Shown here: positions 22,523-31,755 of the stretch, piece after piece
Position numbering within the stretch: the first letter of the stretch is position 1
How the letters are laid out: each line of letters begins with the position of its first letter
DNA from: Rhodospirillaceae bacterium
Lineage (GTDB): Bacteria > Pseudomonadota > Alphaproteobacteria > UBA6615
Direction: 5' to 3'
DNA: 64,000 nt
NCBI GenBank assembly: GCA_002724635.1
Contig: PBPM01000101.1
Span: forward strand, 48,565 to 112,564
Translations under genes and position numbers: made by a program
The notes under the pieces: generated by a model
What the model was told of the DNA's origin: nothing
Seen by the model: the letters and a program-made list of their open reading frames with translations, nothing else
Database searches by the model: none

Positions 22523-23330
22523 GGCCCAGCGGGTCGGCGGTCAGAACGCGGCCGGAGATCGCGCCGAGCCAGTCCAGCCCGTCGCGTAGGCGGACGACTT
22601 CGCCGACAACGAAAAGCGCAGGCGGCGTCACGGATTTGGCCGCCTGTTTCGCCGCCGCGAGCGTTGTTTCGACGACCTGCTGGGCGTCGGTGGTCGCATG
22701 GGCAACCAGGGCTGCCGGCGTATCGGGCGACCGGCCAGCGCCGATTAGCCGACCGACGATCTCGTCGATATGCTTGAGCGCCATATAGAAGATCAGGACC
22801 TGGGCGCCGGCCGCGAGCGACGGCCAGTCGAGATCGTCGGGGACCTTGCCGGATAGGTTGTGGCCGGTGACGAAGGTCACGGCGGTCGCGGTGGCGCGGT
22901 GGGTCATAGGGATGCCGGCGTATGCGAGCCCTCCCACAGCCGCGGTTACCCCCGGAACAATGCGAAAGGGGATATCGGCCGCCACGAGCGCTAGCGCTTC
23001 CTCGCCGCCGCGCCCGAACAGAAAGGGGTCGCCGCCCTTAAGGCGCAGGACGCACTTGCCCTGGCGCGCCAGGGCGACGAGCCGGGCCGAGATGTCCGGC
23101 TGTCTCGGGGATGGCTTTCCGCCGCGCTTGCCCGCATAGATTAGCTCGCTGTCCGCGTTCGCGAGGACAAGAATCCGGTCATCGACCAGCGCGTCGTGCA
23201 CCACAACATCCGCCGTCTGCAGCGCATGCAGTGCTCCCACGGTCAGCAGAGCCGGATCGCCAGGACCGGCGCCCACCAGCCAGACCCAGCCGGGCCGGAA
23301 CGCCGGGAGATCGAGTGCGTCGATATTCAT
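22497..23330 (-). CDS. cobA: Uroporphyrinogen-III C-methyltransferase (SUMT)
   Basis: 277 aa with tetrapyrrole methylase motifs VWLVGAGPGDPALLT, VVVHDALV and LKGGDPFLFGRGGEE. Confidence 0.9.
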   Translation of the reverse strand: MNIDALDLPAFRPGWVWLVGAGPGDPALLTVGALHALQTADVVVHDALVDDRILVLANADSELIYAGKRGGKPSPRQPDISARLVALARQGKCVLRLKGGDPFLFGRGGEEALALVAADIPFRIVPGVTAAVGGLAYAGIPMTHRATATAVTFVTGHNLSGKVPDDLDWPSLAAGAQVLIFYMALKHIDEIVGRLIGAGRSPDTPAALVAHATTDAQQVVETTLAAAKQAAKSVTPPALFVVGEVVRLRDGLDWLGAISGRVLTADPLGHGDLRDAV

Positions 23331-23390
23331 CCGGTGAGGCTAGCGCCGGACGGCTGGCCCGGCAACCTCGTGGGGCGCTACGATAGGTGT

Positions 23391-24512
23391 ATGAGCGCCA
23401 CCGTCGACACGCCTGAAGAGTCCGCCCGGCCGCCCTCGGGCAGTCTGCGCCGCGGGTGGACGACCGGTGCGTGCGCGGCAGCTGCGGCAAAGGCAGCCTA
23501 CGAGGCTCTCCTCTCGGACCGGTTTCCCGATTCCGTCGCCGTGCGGCTGCCGCGCGGCCTGCGCGCGACTTTCGACCTCGCCGAGATGTGCCGGACCGAA
23601 CGGGGTATGTTTGCGGCGGTCGTCAAGGATGCGGGTGATGATCCCGATGTGACCCATGGTGCGCGGATTTGCTGCGAGGTTACACATGCCGTCGCGGGTT
23701 CGGGTGTGTGCTTCGCGGCGGGCGAGGGCGTGGGAACCGTCACCCTGCCGGGATTGCCTGTGGCCCCGGGCGAGCCCGCGATCAACCCGAAGCCGCGCGA
23801 AATGATCGCCGGTGCGCTGCAAGAGGTCGCCGGAGACTTCGGGGTGGCGCCTGACGTACTGGTGACCATATCGATTCCCGGCGGCGGCGCCCTCGCGGAG
23901 AAGACCGCCAATCCGCGCCTTGGCATCGTCGGCGGGCTCAGCGTGCTCGGGACGACCGGTGTGGTGATCCCATACTCCTGTGCTTCCTGGATTCATTCGA
24001 TCCACAGGGCGGTCGACGTGGCTAGGGCGACTGGCCTGGGCCATGTCGCGGGGGCGACCGGTCGCACATCGGAAACGGCGGTGCGGGCGCATCATGCGCT
24101 GGCGGAGCGGGCCGTCATCGATATGGGCGATTTCGCCGGCGCACTCCTAAAATATGTGCGGGCGCACCCAGTCCCGCGCCTGACCGTGGCCGGCGGGTTC
24201 GGCAAGCTCTCGAAGCTCGCGGACGGGCACATGGATCTGCATTCGAGCCGCTCGTCGATCGATGTCCCCGTCCTTGTGAGCCGCTTGGCGGAGCTCGGCG
24301 CATCCGATTCGCTGGTTGCGCAGGCCGACAAGGCGGTGTCTGCTGGCGCTGTCCTCGCCTTGGCGGCAGAGGCAGGGCTGGACACGCAGCTCGCGCTATC
24401 AATTGCCCGGGGTGCGCGGGAAACCTGCCGCGCGTCGGTTGCGGGGGCGGCCGACATAGATGTGTTGGTTGTCGCTCGTAACGGGGAGGTCCTTGCCTAT
24501 GCCGGCCCCTGA
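23391..24512 (+). CDS. cbiD: Cobalt-precorrin-5B (C1)-methyltransferase CbiD
   Basis: ATG 23391 (MSATVD...). CbiD signature LRRGWTTGACAAAAAKAAY, plus NPRLGIVGGLSVLGTTGVV. Confidence 0.9.
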   Translation: MSATVDTPEESARPPSGSLRRGWTTGACAAAAAKAAYEALLSDRFPDSVAVRLPRGLRATFDLAEMCRTERGMFAAVVKDAGDDPDVTHGARICCEVTHAVAGSGVCFAAGEGVGTVTLPGLPVAPGEPAINPKPREMIAGALQEVAGDFGVAPDVLVTISIPGGGALAEKTANPRLGIVGGLSVLGTTGVVIPYSCASWIHSIHRAVDVARATGLGHVAGATGRTSETAVRAHHALAERAVIDMGDFAGALLKYVRAHPVPRLTVAGGFGKLSKLADGHMDLHSSRSSIDVPVLVSRLAELGASDSLVAQADKAVSAGAVLALAAEAGLDTQLALSIARGARETCRASVAGAADIDVLVVARNGEVLAYAGP

Positions 24513-25263
24513 GCGTCCCGCACTGCTTATCTTGGGTGGCACGGCCGAGGCAGTGGCGTTGGCAGACGCGCTTATGGACGCGTGGGGGACGGAGTACCAG
24601 GTGATCACGTCGCTCGCGGGGCGCACCCGCACACCCCGGCAACCCCGCGGTAGGGTGCGGACGGGCGGTTTCGGTGGCGCCGAGTCACTGGCGCGATATC
24701 TCGTGACCCACGAGGTACGCGTGATGATCGATGCAACCCACCCGTTTGCTAGGGGTATCTCCGAGAATGCGCGTCGCGCCGGCGCGAATGCGGGTGTGCC
24801 CCGCCTCGCACTCCTGCGTCCGCCCTGGGAGCCCGGTCCGGGGGATGATTGGCGGCTGTTTTCCAATCTGAATGCGGTCGCGGCCGAATTGCCCGGCGCC
24901 GGCCGCCGCGTGTTCTTGACAGTCGGCCGTACCGAACTCGCTGCGTTCCGGGATTGCCGGGAGACCCGGTTCCTGGTGCGGATGATCGATAGCCCGGATG
25001 TGTCGCTGCCGGTGCCGTCCAGCGAAGTGATCACCGGTCGCGGTCCCTTCGACGTGGAATCCGAGAAAGGGCTCATGACGGAACACAAAATTGACGTACT
25101 CGTTTGCAAGGCTTCGGGAGGTTCGGCGACCCGGGCGAAGCTGGATGCTGCGCGCGAACTCGGCCTGCCGGTGCTGATGGTTGCGCGGCCGGATCCGCCG
25201 GCCGGGCCATGCGTGGCGGATATCGACGCGGCGCTCGCCTGGGTGCGCGAACAGGTGACTTGA
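24499..25263 (+). CDS. cobK: Precorrin-6A / cobalt-precorrin-6A reductase
   Basis: ATG 24499 (MPAPERPALLILGGTAEA...). CobK/CbiJ-like, with IDATHPFA and KASGG. Overlaps the cbiD 3' end by 14 nt. Confidence 0.85.
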   Translation: MPAPERPALLILGGTAEAVALADALMDAWGTEYQVITSLAGRTRTPRQPRGRVRTGGFGGAESLARYLVTHEVRVMIDATHPFARGISENARRAGANAGVPRLALLRPPWEPGPGDDWRLFSNLNAVAAELPGAGRRVFLTVGRTELAAFRDCRETRFLVRMIDSPDVSLPVPSSEVITGRGPFDVESEKGLMTEHKIDVLVCKASGGSATRAKLDAARELGLPVLMVARPDPPAGPCVADIDAALAWVREQVT

Positions 25264-25294
25264 CGTGCCTCGCTGGGGGCGCGACATAGGGAAG

Positions 25295-25888
25295 ATGAGC
25301 ATGTTTGGGACATTTCGGAAGCTGGTTCGGCGGACAACGTTTCCGGGCGCCCTCGCAATGGCTGCGTTCGGGCTGATGCCGGCGGATGCCACGTATGCGC
25401 AGACTAACATTCTAGCCGACGATGCGCTGATCGTTGCCGTCTACGAGAATCGGGTGGAACGGGTTCGTGAACTGCTCGTGCGCCAGCACCCGAAGTCGCG
25501 GGCTGACACCGACGGCCGGACGGCGCTGATTTGGGGTGCGATCGAGGGCAGCTATGATGCGATCGAACTTTTGCTCAAGGATAAGGCCCGGGTTGATCTG
25601 GTCGACAGTGTGGGTAACGGCGCGCTCTATTACGCCGCCGAGAATGGTCACCTAGACGTCGTCGAACTTCTCCTGTACTTCGATGCGGCGATCGACTTGG
25701 AGAACCGCGACGGGCGGACGCCGCTGATGGCGGCGGTCCGTGGCGGGCACGCACAGATAGTGCAGTTGCTGATCGACAAGGGCGCCGATGTCACGATCTC
25801 CGATTTCACCGGGCGCACCGCATTGGACCTTGCGCGTGATAGTCGCTCGCGACAGGTCACCGCTATCGTCCAGAAGGCAGCACGTTAG
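25295..25888 (+). CDS. Secreted ankyrin-repeat protein
   Basis: ATG 25295 preceded by GGGAAG. Signal-peptide-like N-terminus MSMFGTFRKLVRRTTFPGALAMAAFGLMPADATYA. About 4 ankyrin repeats (TALIWGAIEGSYDAIELLL, NGALYYAAENGHLDVVELLL, GRTPLMAAVRGGHAQIVQLLI, GRTALDLA). Confidence 0.8.
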   Translation: MSMFGTFRKLVRRTTFPGALAMAAFGLMPADATYAQTNILADDALIVAVYENRVERVRELLVRQHPKSRADTDGRTALIWGAIEGSYDAIELLLKDKARVDLVDSVGNGALYYAAENGHLDVVELLLYFDAAIDLENRDGRTPLMAAVRGGHAQIVQLLIDKGADVTISDFTGRTALDLARDSRSRQVTAIVQKAAR

Positions 25889-25899
25889 GTGCCGAGCCG

Positions 25900-26688
25900 T
25901 CAGTCGGTGTCGTCAGCGGTCTTTCGGGCCGGGCGCAGCACATGGTGGTGGCTGGCTGCATAAAGCTGGCTGTCGTCGAAGCGGTTGCCAAGATCTTCGG
26001 CCAGAACCTGGCCCACCAAGATCAGGGCCGTGCGCGTTATTCCCGTCCCCTTGACCAGATCGCGGATCGTTGCGAGCGTGCCGCGGATGAACCGCTCGTC
26101 GGGCCAGCTGACCCGATAGCCAATGACTACCGGACAATCGGTGCCGTAATGGGGCGTCAGGTCGCGCACCACATTGGCGAGATTGTTGATGGATAGATGC
26201 ACCGCCAGGGTTGCGCGGGCTTCCGCGAGCCGTGCCAGCTCCTCGCCTGCCGGCATATCGCTCGCCCGAACGGAAGTGCGGGTCAGGATGACCGTCTGGC
26301 TGACCCCGGGCAGCGTGAGCTCGCGGTCCAGCGCAGCGGATTCGGCTGCAAAGGCCGGGACGCCGGGGACGACCTCATACGGAATGTCGAGCGCATCGAG
26401 GCGGCGCATCTGCTCGCCGATCGCGCCATAGAGAGATGGGTCGCCGGAATGCACCCGCGCGATGTCGTGGCTGTTGGCATGGGCGGCCTTGATCCGCGCG
26501 ATGATCTCGTCCAAATGGAGAGGGGCCGTGTCGGTGATCTCGGCATCTGCCGGAGCGTGATCGAGAATTTCACGGGGTACCAAAGAGCCTGCATAAAGGC
26601 AGACCGCGCAGTGCGCGATCAGGTCGCGGCCGCGCAGTGTCAGCAAATCCGGTGCGCCGGGGCCGGCGCCGATGAAATAGACGGTCAT
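25900..26688 (-). CDS. cobM: Precorrin-4 / cobalt-precorrin-4 C11-methyltransferase
   Basis: ATG at 26686-26688 ([20 protein letters not shown]...), then [10 protein letters not shown]. CbiF/CobM type. Confidence 0.9.
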   Translation of the reverse strand: MTVYFIGAGPGAPDLLTLRGRDLIAHCAVCLYAGSLVPREILDHAPADAEITDTAPLHLDEIIARIKAAHANSHDIARVHSGDPSLYGAIGEQMRRLDALDIPYEVVPGVPAFAAESAALDRELTLPGVSQTVILTRTSVRASDMPAGEELARLAEARATLAVHLSINNLANVVRDLTPHYGTDCPVVIGYRVSWPDERFIRGTLATIRDLVKGTGITRTALILVGQVLAEDLGNRFDDSQLYAASHHHVLRPARKTADDTD

Positions 26689-26743
26689 ACGCCTTTTTAT
26701 GTCCTTGCGCACGGGAAGTGTACCGGCAAAAGCACTGCCGCTG

Positions 26744-27184
26744 TCATAGCCAGCCGATTCTCCCTGTGATCGCGGTAAAGGTCAGACCATGAATGTGTTG
26801 AGTTTCCGAGTACTCGCAGCGACGTGCATGGTGTTCGTGGCGGGTCGCGCGGTCGTCGGCCACTCCCGGACAGCGGCGCTCGGACGTCTTCTCCGATGCC
26901 GTCGTGGTCGATATTGCCGACGCGCGTTTCGACGTTCCCTCGCTCACATCGGCGCGGCGCCGGTCGTCGTTGTTGAGCATTTTGGCGGGGTTGGTCAGCG
27001 ACCTGTCTTCGCTAATGTCGATGACAAGACTACATTTCGGGATTTTCTCAAGGACACCGCGATGGCGGGTGCTTGGCTGGAGATGCTCCATTTTCCCGGC
27101 GGCCAGAGCCGCGGTTTTATCCCGCGCGAGGGCGGCTGTATTGCCTTCAGCTTCTTCAAGCGCCTCTAGGGCGATACCGGGCAT
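26744..27184 (-). CDS. Hypothetical 146-aa protein between cbiG::cobJ and cobM (no recognisable family)
   Basis: ATG-initiated ORF on the operon strand. I counted roughly 70 percent G/C at codon third positions. The protein is polar, low in hydrophobics, and has a His/Cys-containing C-terminal part ([31 protein letters not shown]). Competing plus-strand ORFs look like frame artefacts. Confidence 0.4.
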   Translation of the reverse strand: MPGIALEALEEAEGNTAALARDKTAALAAGKMEHLQPSTRHRGVLEKIPKCSLVIDISEDRSLTNPAKMLNNDDRRRADVSEGTSKRASAISTTTASEKTSERRCPGVADDRATRHEHHARRCEYSETQHIHGLTFTAITGRIGWL

Positions 27185-27315
27185 GCGACCGGCGTACAGA
27201 ATCCGGACACCTTCGTCATCGGGTTCGTTTGCGGCGAAGAATCCGCGTCATTCGTAAGGTGTTTTGGATTGATGAGTCCGGCCGTGGTGGCGTGAACCGG
27301 CTGCCGTCATAGCAT

Positions 27316-29133
27316 CTAGGCAGTCTTTTCCTGCGTTTTCGCCGAATAGCCACGCGGCGTGTAGGCCCATGTTCGGCCCGCGCCGGCGATTACACGTGAC
27401 TGACTGTTGCAGACGATCACGATCGTCAGCATGTCGACCACGTCGAGCGAAAGCTCGGCGAGCGGCAGGATCGTAACCTGCTCGCCTTCGCGCGCGAGAT
27501 TGCGGGCGACGACGACTGGGGTGTCACCCGGCCGCTCAGCCAGCAAAATCTCACGCGCCGTCTCGAACTGCCGCCGCCGGCGGCGGCTGGCGGGATTGTA
27601 GAGCGCGACGACGAAGTCGGCGGCCGCGGCCGCGCGCAAGCGGCTCTCGATCGCCGGCCAGGGCGTCAGAAGGTCCGACAGCGAGATGGCGCAGAAGTCG
27701 TGCCCCAAGGGTGCGCCGGCACGCGCGGCAGCCAGCTGCATCGCCGACACGCCGGGGTGAACGGCGATCTCGACGCGTCGCCACGCCGGGTTGGAATCCC
27801 GGTCGAGAAGCTCGAAGACCAGGCTCGCCATGGCGAAGATGCCGGGATCGCCGCTCGAGACCAAGGCTACGTCGCGGCCCTCCGCGGCCAGCGCCAGCGC
27901 GTGCCGGCAGCGTTCTTCCTCGGCGCCGAGGCCGAAATCATGGCGTTGCTTCTCCGCAGCCGCGTAACCCAGCATGTCCAGATAGGGGCCGTATCCCACT
28001 AGGTCCGTCGCCGATTCTATAGCGGCGTCGGTGGCCGGGATACGGTGCGCGCTGTCACCGGGGCCGGTGCCGACGATCGACAGTGTGCCGCGGGGCTGGC
28101 CGGTTGCCGAAGGGTCGAGATCGGGACCGCGCGCGATCGCACAGGTGGCTCTCGTGGATTTCCGTTTGGGGATGATCAGTGCACCTTCGTCCCCGGCGGC
28201 GGCGAGTGCGGCAGCTTCGGCGACGCCGTGGGCGCCGACTTCGCGGAACACGGTTTCCGAAGGTGTAGCCAGCCGCGGTGTCTCAGCCTCTAGACGCGGC
28301 GCGTCAAAAAAGCGTGCCGGCACACCCAGATGTGCGGCGACGGCGTGGACCGCGGGCTCGTCCGCCTTTAAGTCGATGCTGACGATTACTGCCACCGATG
28401 TCGGCGCCAGTCCCGCGACATCCAAAGTTTCCTCGACTAGCGCAATGAGTTCGTCCGGATTGCAGCCCCGCTCGCAGCCGACGCCAAGCGCGAGGCTGGG
28501 CGGGTGAAACAGGAGCTCGTCGGCGGCCGGCACAATGGCGCGGTCGGTGACCCGTATCATCCAGGTCCCGTCCCGCCCGACTGGAAGCTCCATGAGCCAA
28601 TCTGTGTTTCCTGCCTCGATCACAAGGGACGGCGGATTGCCGGCAAGGGCTGCCGCCATGACAGGCTTCGCGGTTTCCGGGTTCGCAAGCGTCCAACCGG
28701 CGGGTGGATTGTCGAGTGCAACGCCGTGGATGTTGTCGCCGGCCGTCGTGATCGCCGCAGTCCCGCCGGTTATCGCGGCGATGCGCAAGGCAAGGCCGTT
28801 GGCGCCATGATGGCCGCCCAGCAGTGGCACCACGTGGGCGCCGTCAGGAGATACTGCCAGCACCGGCGGGTCGGTGAGCTTGTCGTCGATCCGTGCCGAA
28901 AGCGTGCGGATCAGGATGCCCGCCGCGCAGACCCCCACGATCGTGCGTCCGCTTGCAAACAGGTCTGCCAGATGCGCCGCGGTGTCGGCAAAGGTCTCGT
29001 CGCAATCGTCGACCCGCGATGCGAGGCCGTGGACCCGCGTGCCGGGGAGCGAGCCCTGCAACGTGCGCGCGAGGGCCCCGCCCTTCGCATGGAGCGCGAT
29101 CAGCGCGATGTCGTGTTCCTCGCTCACGCCCAC
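27316..29133 (-). CDS. cobJ: Fusion protein: cobalt-precorrin-5A hydrolase (CbiG) / precorrin-3B C17-methyltransferase (CobJ/CbiH)
   Basis: 605 aa. The N-terminal ~340 aa is CbiG-like (VCAAGILIR, LALGVGCERG, HGVAEAAAL). The C-terminal ~260 aa is a tetrapyrrole methylase (LSIVGTGPGD, VSSGDPGIFAMA). Starts at GTG 29133 and overlaps the cobI 3' end. Confidence 0.85.
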   Translation of the reverse strand: MGVSEEHDIALIALHAKGGALARTLQGSLPGTRVHGLASRVDDCDETFADTAAHLADLFASGRTIVGVCAAGILIRTLSARIDDKLTDPPVLAVSPDGAHVVPLLGGHHGANGLALRIAAITGGTAAITTAGDNIHGVALDNPPAGWTLANPETAKPVMAAALAGNPPSLVIEAGNTDWLMELPVGRDGTWMIRVTDRAIVPAADELLFHPPSLALGVGCERGCNPDELIALVEETLDVAGLAPTSVAVIVSIDLKADEPAVHAVAAHLGVPARFFDAPRLEAETPRLATPSETVFREVGAHGVAEAAALAAAGDEGALIIPKRKSTRATCAIARGPDLDPSATGQPRGTLSIVGTGPGDSAHRIPATDAAIESATDLVGYGPYLDMLGYAAAEKQRHDFGLGAEEERCRHALALAAEGRDVALVSSGDPGIFAMASLVFELLDRDSNPAWRRVEIAVHPGVSAMQLAAARAGAPLGHDFCAISLSDLLTPWPAIESRLRAAAAADFVVALYNPASRRRRRQFETAREILLAERPGDTPVVVARNLAREGEQVTILPLAELSLDVVDMLTIVIVCNSQSRVIAGAGRTWAYTPRGYSAKTQEKTA

Positions 29134-29846
29134 GCAGTCCCGCGCTTATGGACGAGGATCATCGAGAAATAGGGCGCGGCCGCGTTCGTGGCGTCGGCCA
29201 ATGGGCAGATATGCTGTTGGTCCATTGTTGCGCGCTCCACATACCGGGCCTGTCCGGTGAGCCCCAGCTCGTCCAGCAGCGCGCGCAGGCGCGGCAGATG
29301 GCGCCCGACCTTGATGATGGCTGCCGCGTCCGTCTCGATTAGGCGCGCGCGCAGGGCGTAGTCCGGTAACGGCCCCGGGAGGACGGTCAGCACGTCGGTC
29401 AGTGCGGCGAGGGCCGTCCCGGTGACCGCGGCGCAGGCGGTCAGCGAGGAGACGCCTGGTACGACTTGGACAGGCCAGCGTTCGGCCAGCCGTGCAAACA
29501 CATACATGAACGATCCGTAGAAGAATGGATCTCCTTCACACAGGACTGCCACGTCCTCACCGCGAGCCAGATGCGCGCCGATTTCCAAGGCCGCACGGTT
29601 ATAAACGGCCCCGATAGGGAAGCGGTCGCCTGACAGCGGCATGCGAATAGCAATCTCGGTCGCGTCTGCCCGCAGATGCGGCGCGGCGATAGTCCGGGCG
29701 AGGCTGTCGCCATGTTCGGGGGCGGGGTATGCTACGACGGTTGCGCCGGACAGAATTCGGGCACCCTTGAGGGTCATCAGCTCCGGGTCGCCGGGCCCGA
29801 CGCCGATGCCGATGGCGGTGCCGCTCTCGGCCATGCGACCGGTCAT
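29124..29846 (-). CDS. cobI: Precorrin-2 / cobalt-factor-II C20-methyltransferase
   Basis: IGIGVGPGDPELMTLKG, then CEGDPFFYGS. ATG 29846 (MTGRMAESG) forms an ATGA overlap with the cobL stop. The ORF-track start 29864 is also possible. Confidence 0.9.
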   Translation of the reverse strand: MTGRMAESGTAIGIGVGPGDPELMTLKGARILSGATVVAYPAPEHGDSLARTIAAPHLRADATEIAIRMPLSGDRFPIGAVYNRAALEIGAHLARGEDVAVLCEGDPFFYGSFMYVFARLAERWPVQVVPGVSSLTACAAVTGTALAALTDVLTVLPGPLPDYALRARLIETDAAAIIKVGRHLPRLRALLDELGLTGQARYVERATMDQQHICPLADATNAAAPYFSMILVHKRGTAWA

Positions 29847-31066
29847 GGCTTCGTCGCACCCCATTGGGTGACGGGCATCGCCGGGCGCCAGCCCGTTAGT
29901 TCTCCCAACGGATCGGCGTGGCTGACGGCGATCCGTGTCAGGTCGCCGCCATCTCGGGCATGGGCGCCGAGCAGGGCGCGCTCACCCTCGATGGTGACCG
30001 TGTTGGCGACCAGACGGCCGCCCGGGCGCAGACGGTCCCAGGCAGCATCGATCAGCCCCGCATCCGTCGACAGGCTGCCGCCGATGAACACGGCGTTGGG
30101 GTCGGGAAGACCGGGCATGGCGGTTCTTATGTCGCCTTCGATGATCTCGAGGAAGGGGGTTCCGAGCCGGGCGGCGTTCCGGGCTGCCATGTCGCAGCGT
30201 TTTGGGTCGCGTTCCACCGCCACGGCTCTGGCGCCTCGGCCTTGGATGTTTTGAGCCGCGCGCAGCCACTCGATCGCCACCGACCCGCAGCCGGCGCCGA
30301 GATCCCATAATATCTGTCCGGGCAGGGGCGCGAGGGCTGCGATGGTTGCCGCACGTACAACACGTTTGGTCATCTGCCCGTCATGGGAAAACGCGTCGTC
30401 GGGCAAGCCGGGGACCGGCGTCAGGATGCGCGCTTCCGGGCCCGCAACGCATTCCACCGCGACGGTGTTGAGGTCTTCCACGCGCGCGCCGGACCAGTCG
30501 GCCGCGCGGGCTGCGCGACGCGTCTCGGTTTCGGCCCCCATATTCTCCAGTACTGTTATCGGGCTGGCGCCGAACCCGGCGTCACGAAGCAGCTCCGCGA
30601 TCTGCGCCGGTGTAGTGCCGTCATGGCTGAGAATCAGCAGGCGGCGTCCCGGATGCAGGTGATGATTGAGCAACTCGAGGGGGCGGCCATGCAGGGTCAG
30701 GCAGGTGCAGCCGTGGAGCGGCCAGGCAAGCCGCGCGGCGGCGAGGCTGAAGGCGCTTGGTGCGGGCAGGATGGTCATGTCGTCCGGGTCAAAATGTCGC
30801 GCTAGGGTGGAGCCGATGCCGAAGGCCATGGGGTCGCCCGTGGCGAGTACGACGATCCGGTTCTCGTGCGCCGCTTTGAGCTTCCCGATCAGTCCGTCGA
30901 GAGGAAATTCCCAGACGATCTTCCGGGCGGCATCGTTCGTCACCATCTCTAGGTGACGGTCGCCGCCGACGATTAGTTCGGCGGTCTCGACAAGGGTTCG
31001 GGACGCCGGGGCCAGGCCCGCCAAACCCTCGGCACCGACGCCGACGATGTTCAGCCAGGCGGTCAT
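29843..31066 (-). CDS. cobL: Precorrin-6Y C5,15-methyltransferase (decarboxylating), CbiE+CbiT fusion
   Basis: 407 aa. The N-half is CbiE-like (VVLATGDPMAFG). The C-half is a CbiT-like SAM methyltransferase (LWDLGAGCGSVAIEW). ATGA overlap with the cobH stop. Confidence 0.9.
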   Translation of the reverse strand: MTAWLNIVGVGAEGLAGLAPASRTLVETAELIVGGDRHLEMVTNDAARKIVWEFPLDGLIGKLKAAHENRIVVLATGDPMAFGIGSTLARHFDPDDMTILPAPSAFSLAAARLAWPLHGCTCLTLHGRPLELLNHHLHPGRRLLILSHDGTTPAQIAELLRDAGFGASPITVLENMGAETETRRAARAADWSGARVEDLNTVAVECVAGPEARILTPVPGLPDDAFSHDGQMTKRVVRAATIAALAPLPGQILWDLGAGCGSVAIEWLRAAQNIQGRGARAVAVERDPKRCDMAARNAARLGTPFLEIIEGDIRTAMPGLPDPNAVFIGGSLSTDAGLIDAAWDRLRPGGRLVANTVTIEGERALLGAHARDGGDLTRIAVSHADPLGELTGWRPAMPVTQWGATKP

Positions 31067-31755
31067 AATTGCACTGTGTCCGTGCCGTCCGCCGCTGCAT
31101 CGCGCGCGAGGGCGTTGACAGCGGCGGCGGCGAGCGGGCTACCGCCGCGCTTGCCTTGCAGGGTGATGAAGGGCGTGGGTGCTGCGGCAACGAGCGCCTC
31201 CTTGGATTGAGCTGCGCCGACATAGCCGACCGGCAATCCAATGATCAGCGACGGGCGCGGCCAGCTGCCGGCGATGCCCTCCAGTAGACGGAACAGCGCG
31301 GTGGGCGCGTTGCCGATGGCAACGACGGCACCGTCCAGAAACGGGGTCCAAAGCTCGACTGCCGCGGCCGAGCGGGTCTTTGCACCGCGCGCTGCGTTGC
31401 CAGCGACGCTACCAAGGCCGAGAGTGCAGATCACGCGGTTCTTGGCTGGCAGGCCTGCGCGGATGATCCCGTCGGCTAGCATGCGGGAATCCGTCAGGAC
31501 CGGCGCACCCGCGAGCAGCGCCTCGCGCCCGGCGTCTCCGGCGCCCTCGTTGGCGACGAGATCGGCGACTAGGTCCGGATCGCCCACAGCATGGACGAGG
31601 CGTCGCGCGATGTTGTGAAGATCCCGGGCGACGGACGACAGGTCAGCTGCGTCGTCGATGGCTGCGAAGGATGCGGCGTAGATCGCCTCGGGGTCGCGCA
31701 GATAGTTGGCCGCGGTGTTGTTCATCGTCTCACGACACGGGCGTCGACCTGTCAT
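31063..31755 (-). CDS. cobH: Precorrin-8X / cobalt-precorrin-8 methylmutase
   Basis: CbiC/CobH motifs (HAVGDPDL, VVAIGNAPTALFRLLE). ATG 31755 makes an ATGA overlap with the cbiX stop. An alternative start is ATG 31725 (MNNTAANY). Confidence 0.9.
   Translation of the reverse strand: MTGRRPCRETMNNTAANYLRDPEAIYAASFAAIDDAADLSSVARDLHNIARRLVHAVGDPDLVADLVANEGAGDAGREALLAGAPVLTDSRMLADGIIRAGLPAKNRVICTLGLGSVAGNAARGAKTRSAAAVELWTPFLDGAVVAIGNAPTALFRLLEGIAGSWPRPSLIIGLPVGYVGAAQSKEALVAAAPTPFITLQGKRGGSPLAAAAVNALARDAAADGTDTVQL

Noticed and set aside
26689-26950. Expected riboswitch or leader upstream of cobM.
   Set aside because: I read both strands. GCCACTC and CAGTGC fragments occur, but none of the ordered conserved cobalamin-riboswitch blocks are present.
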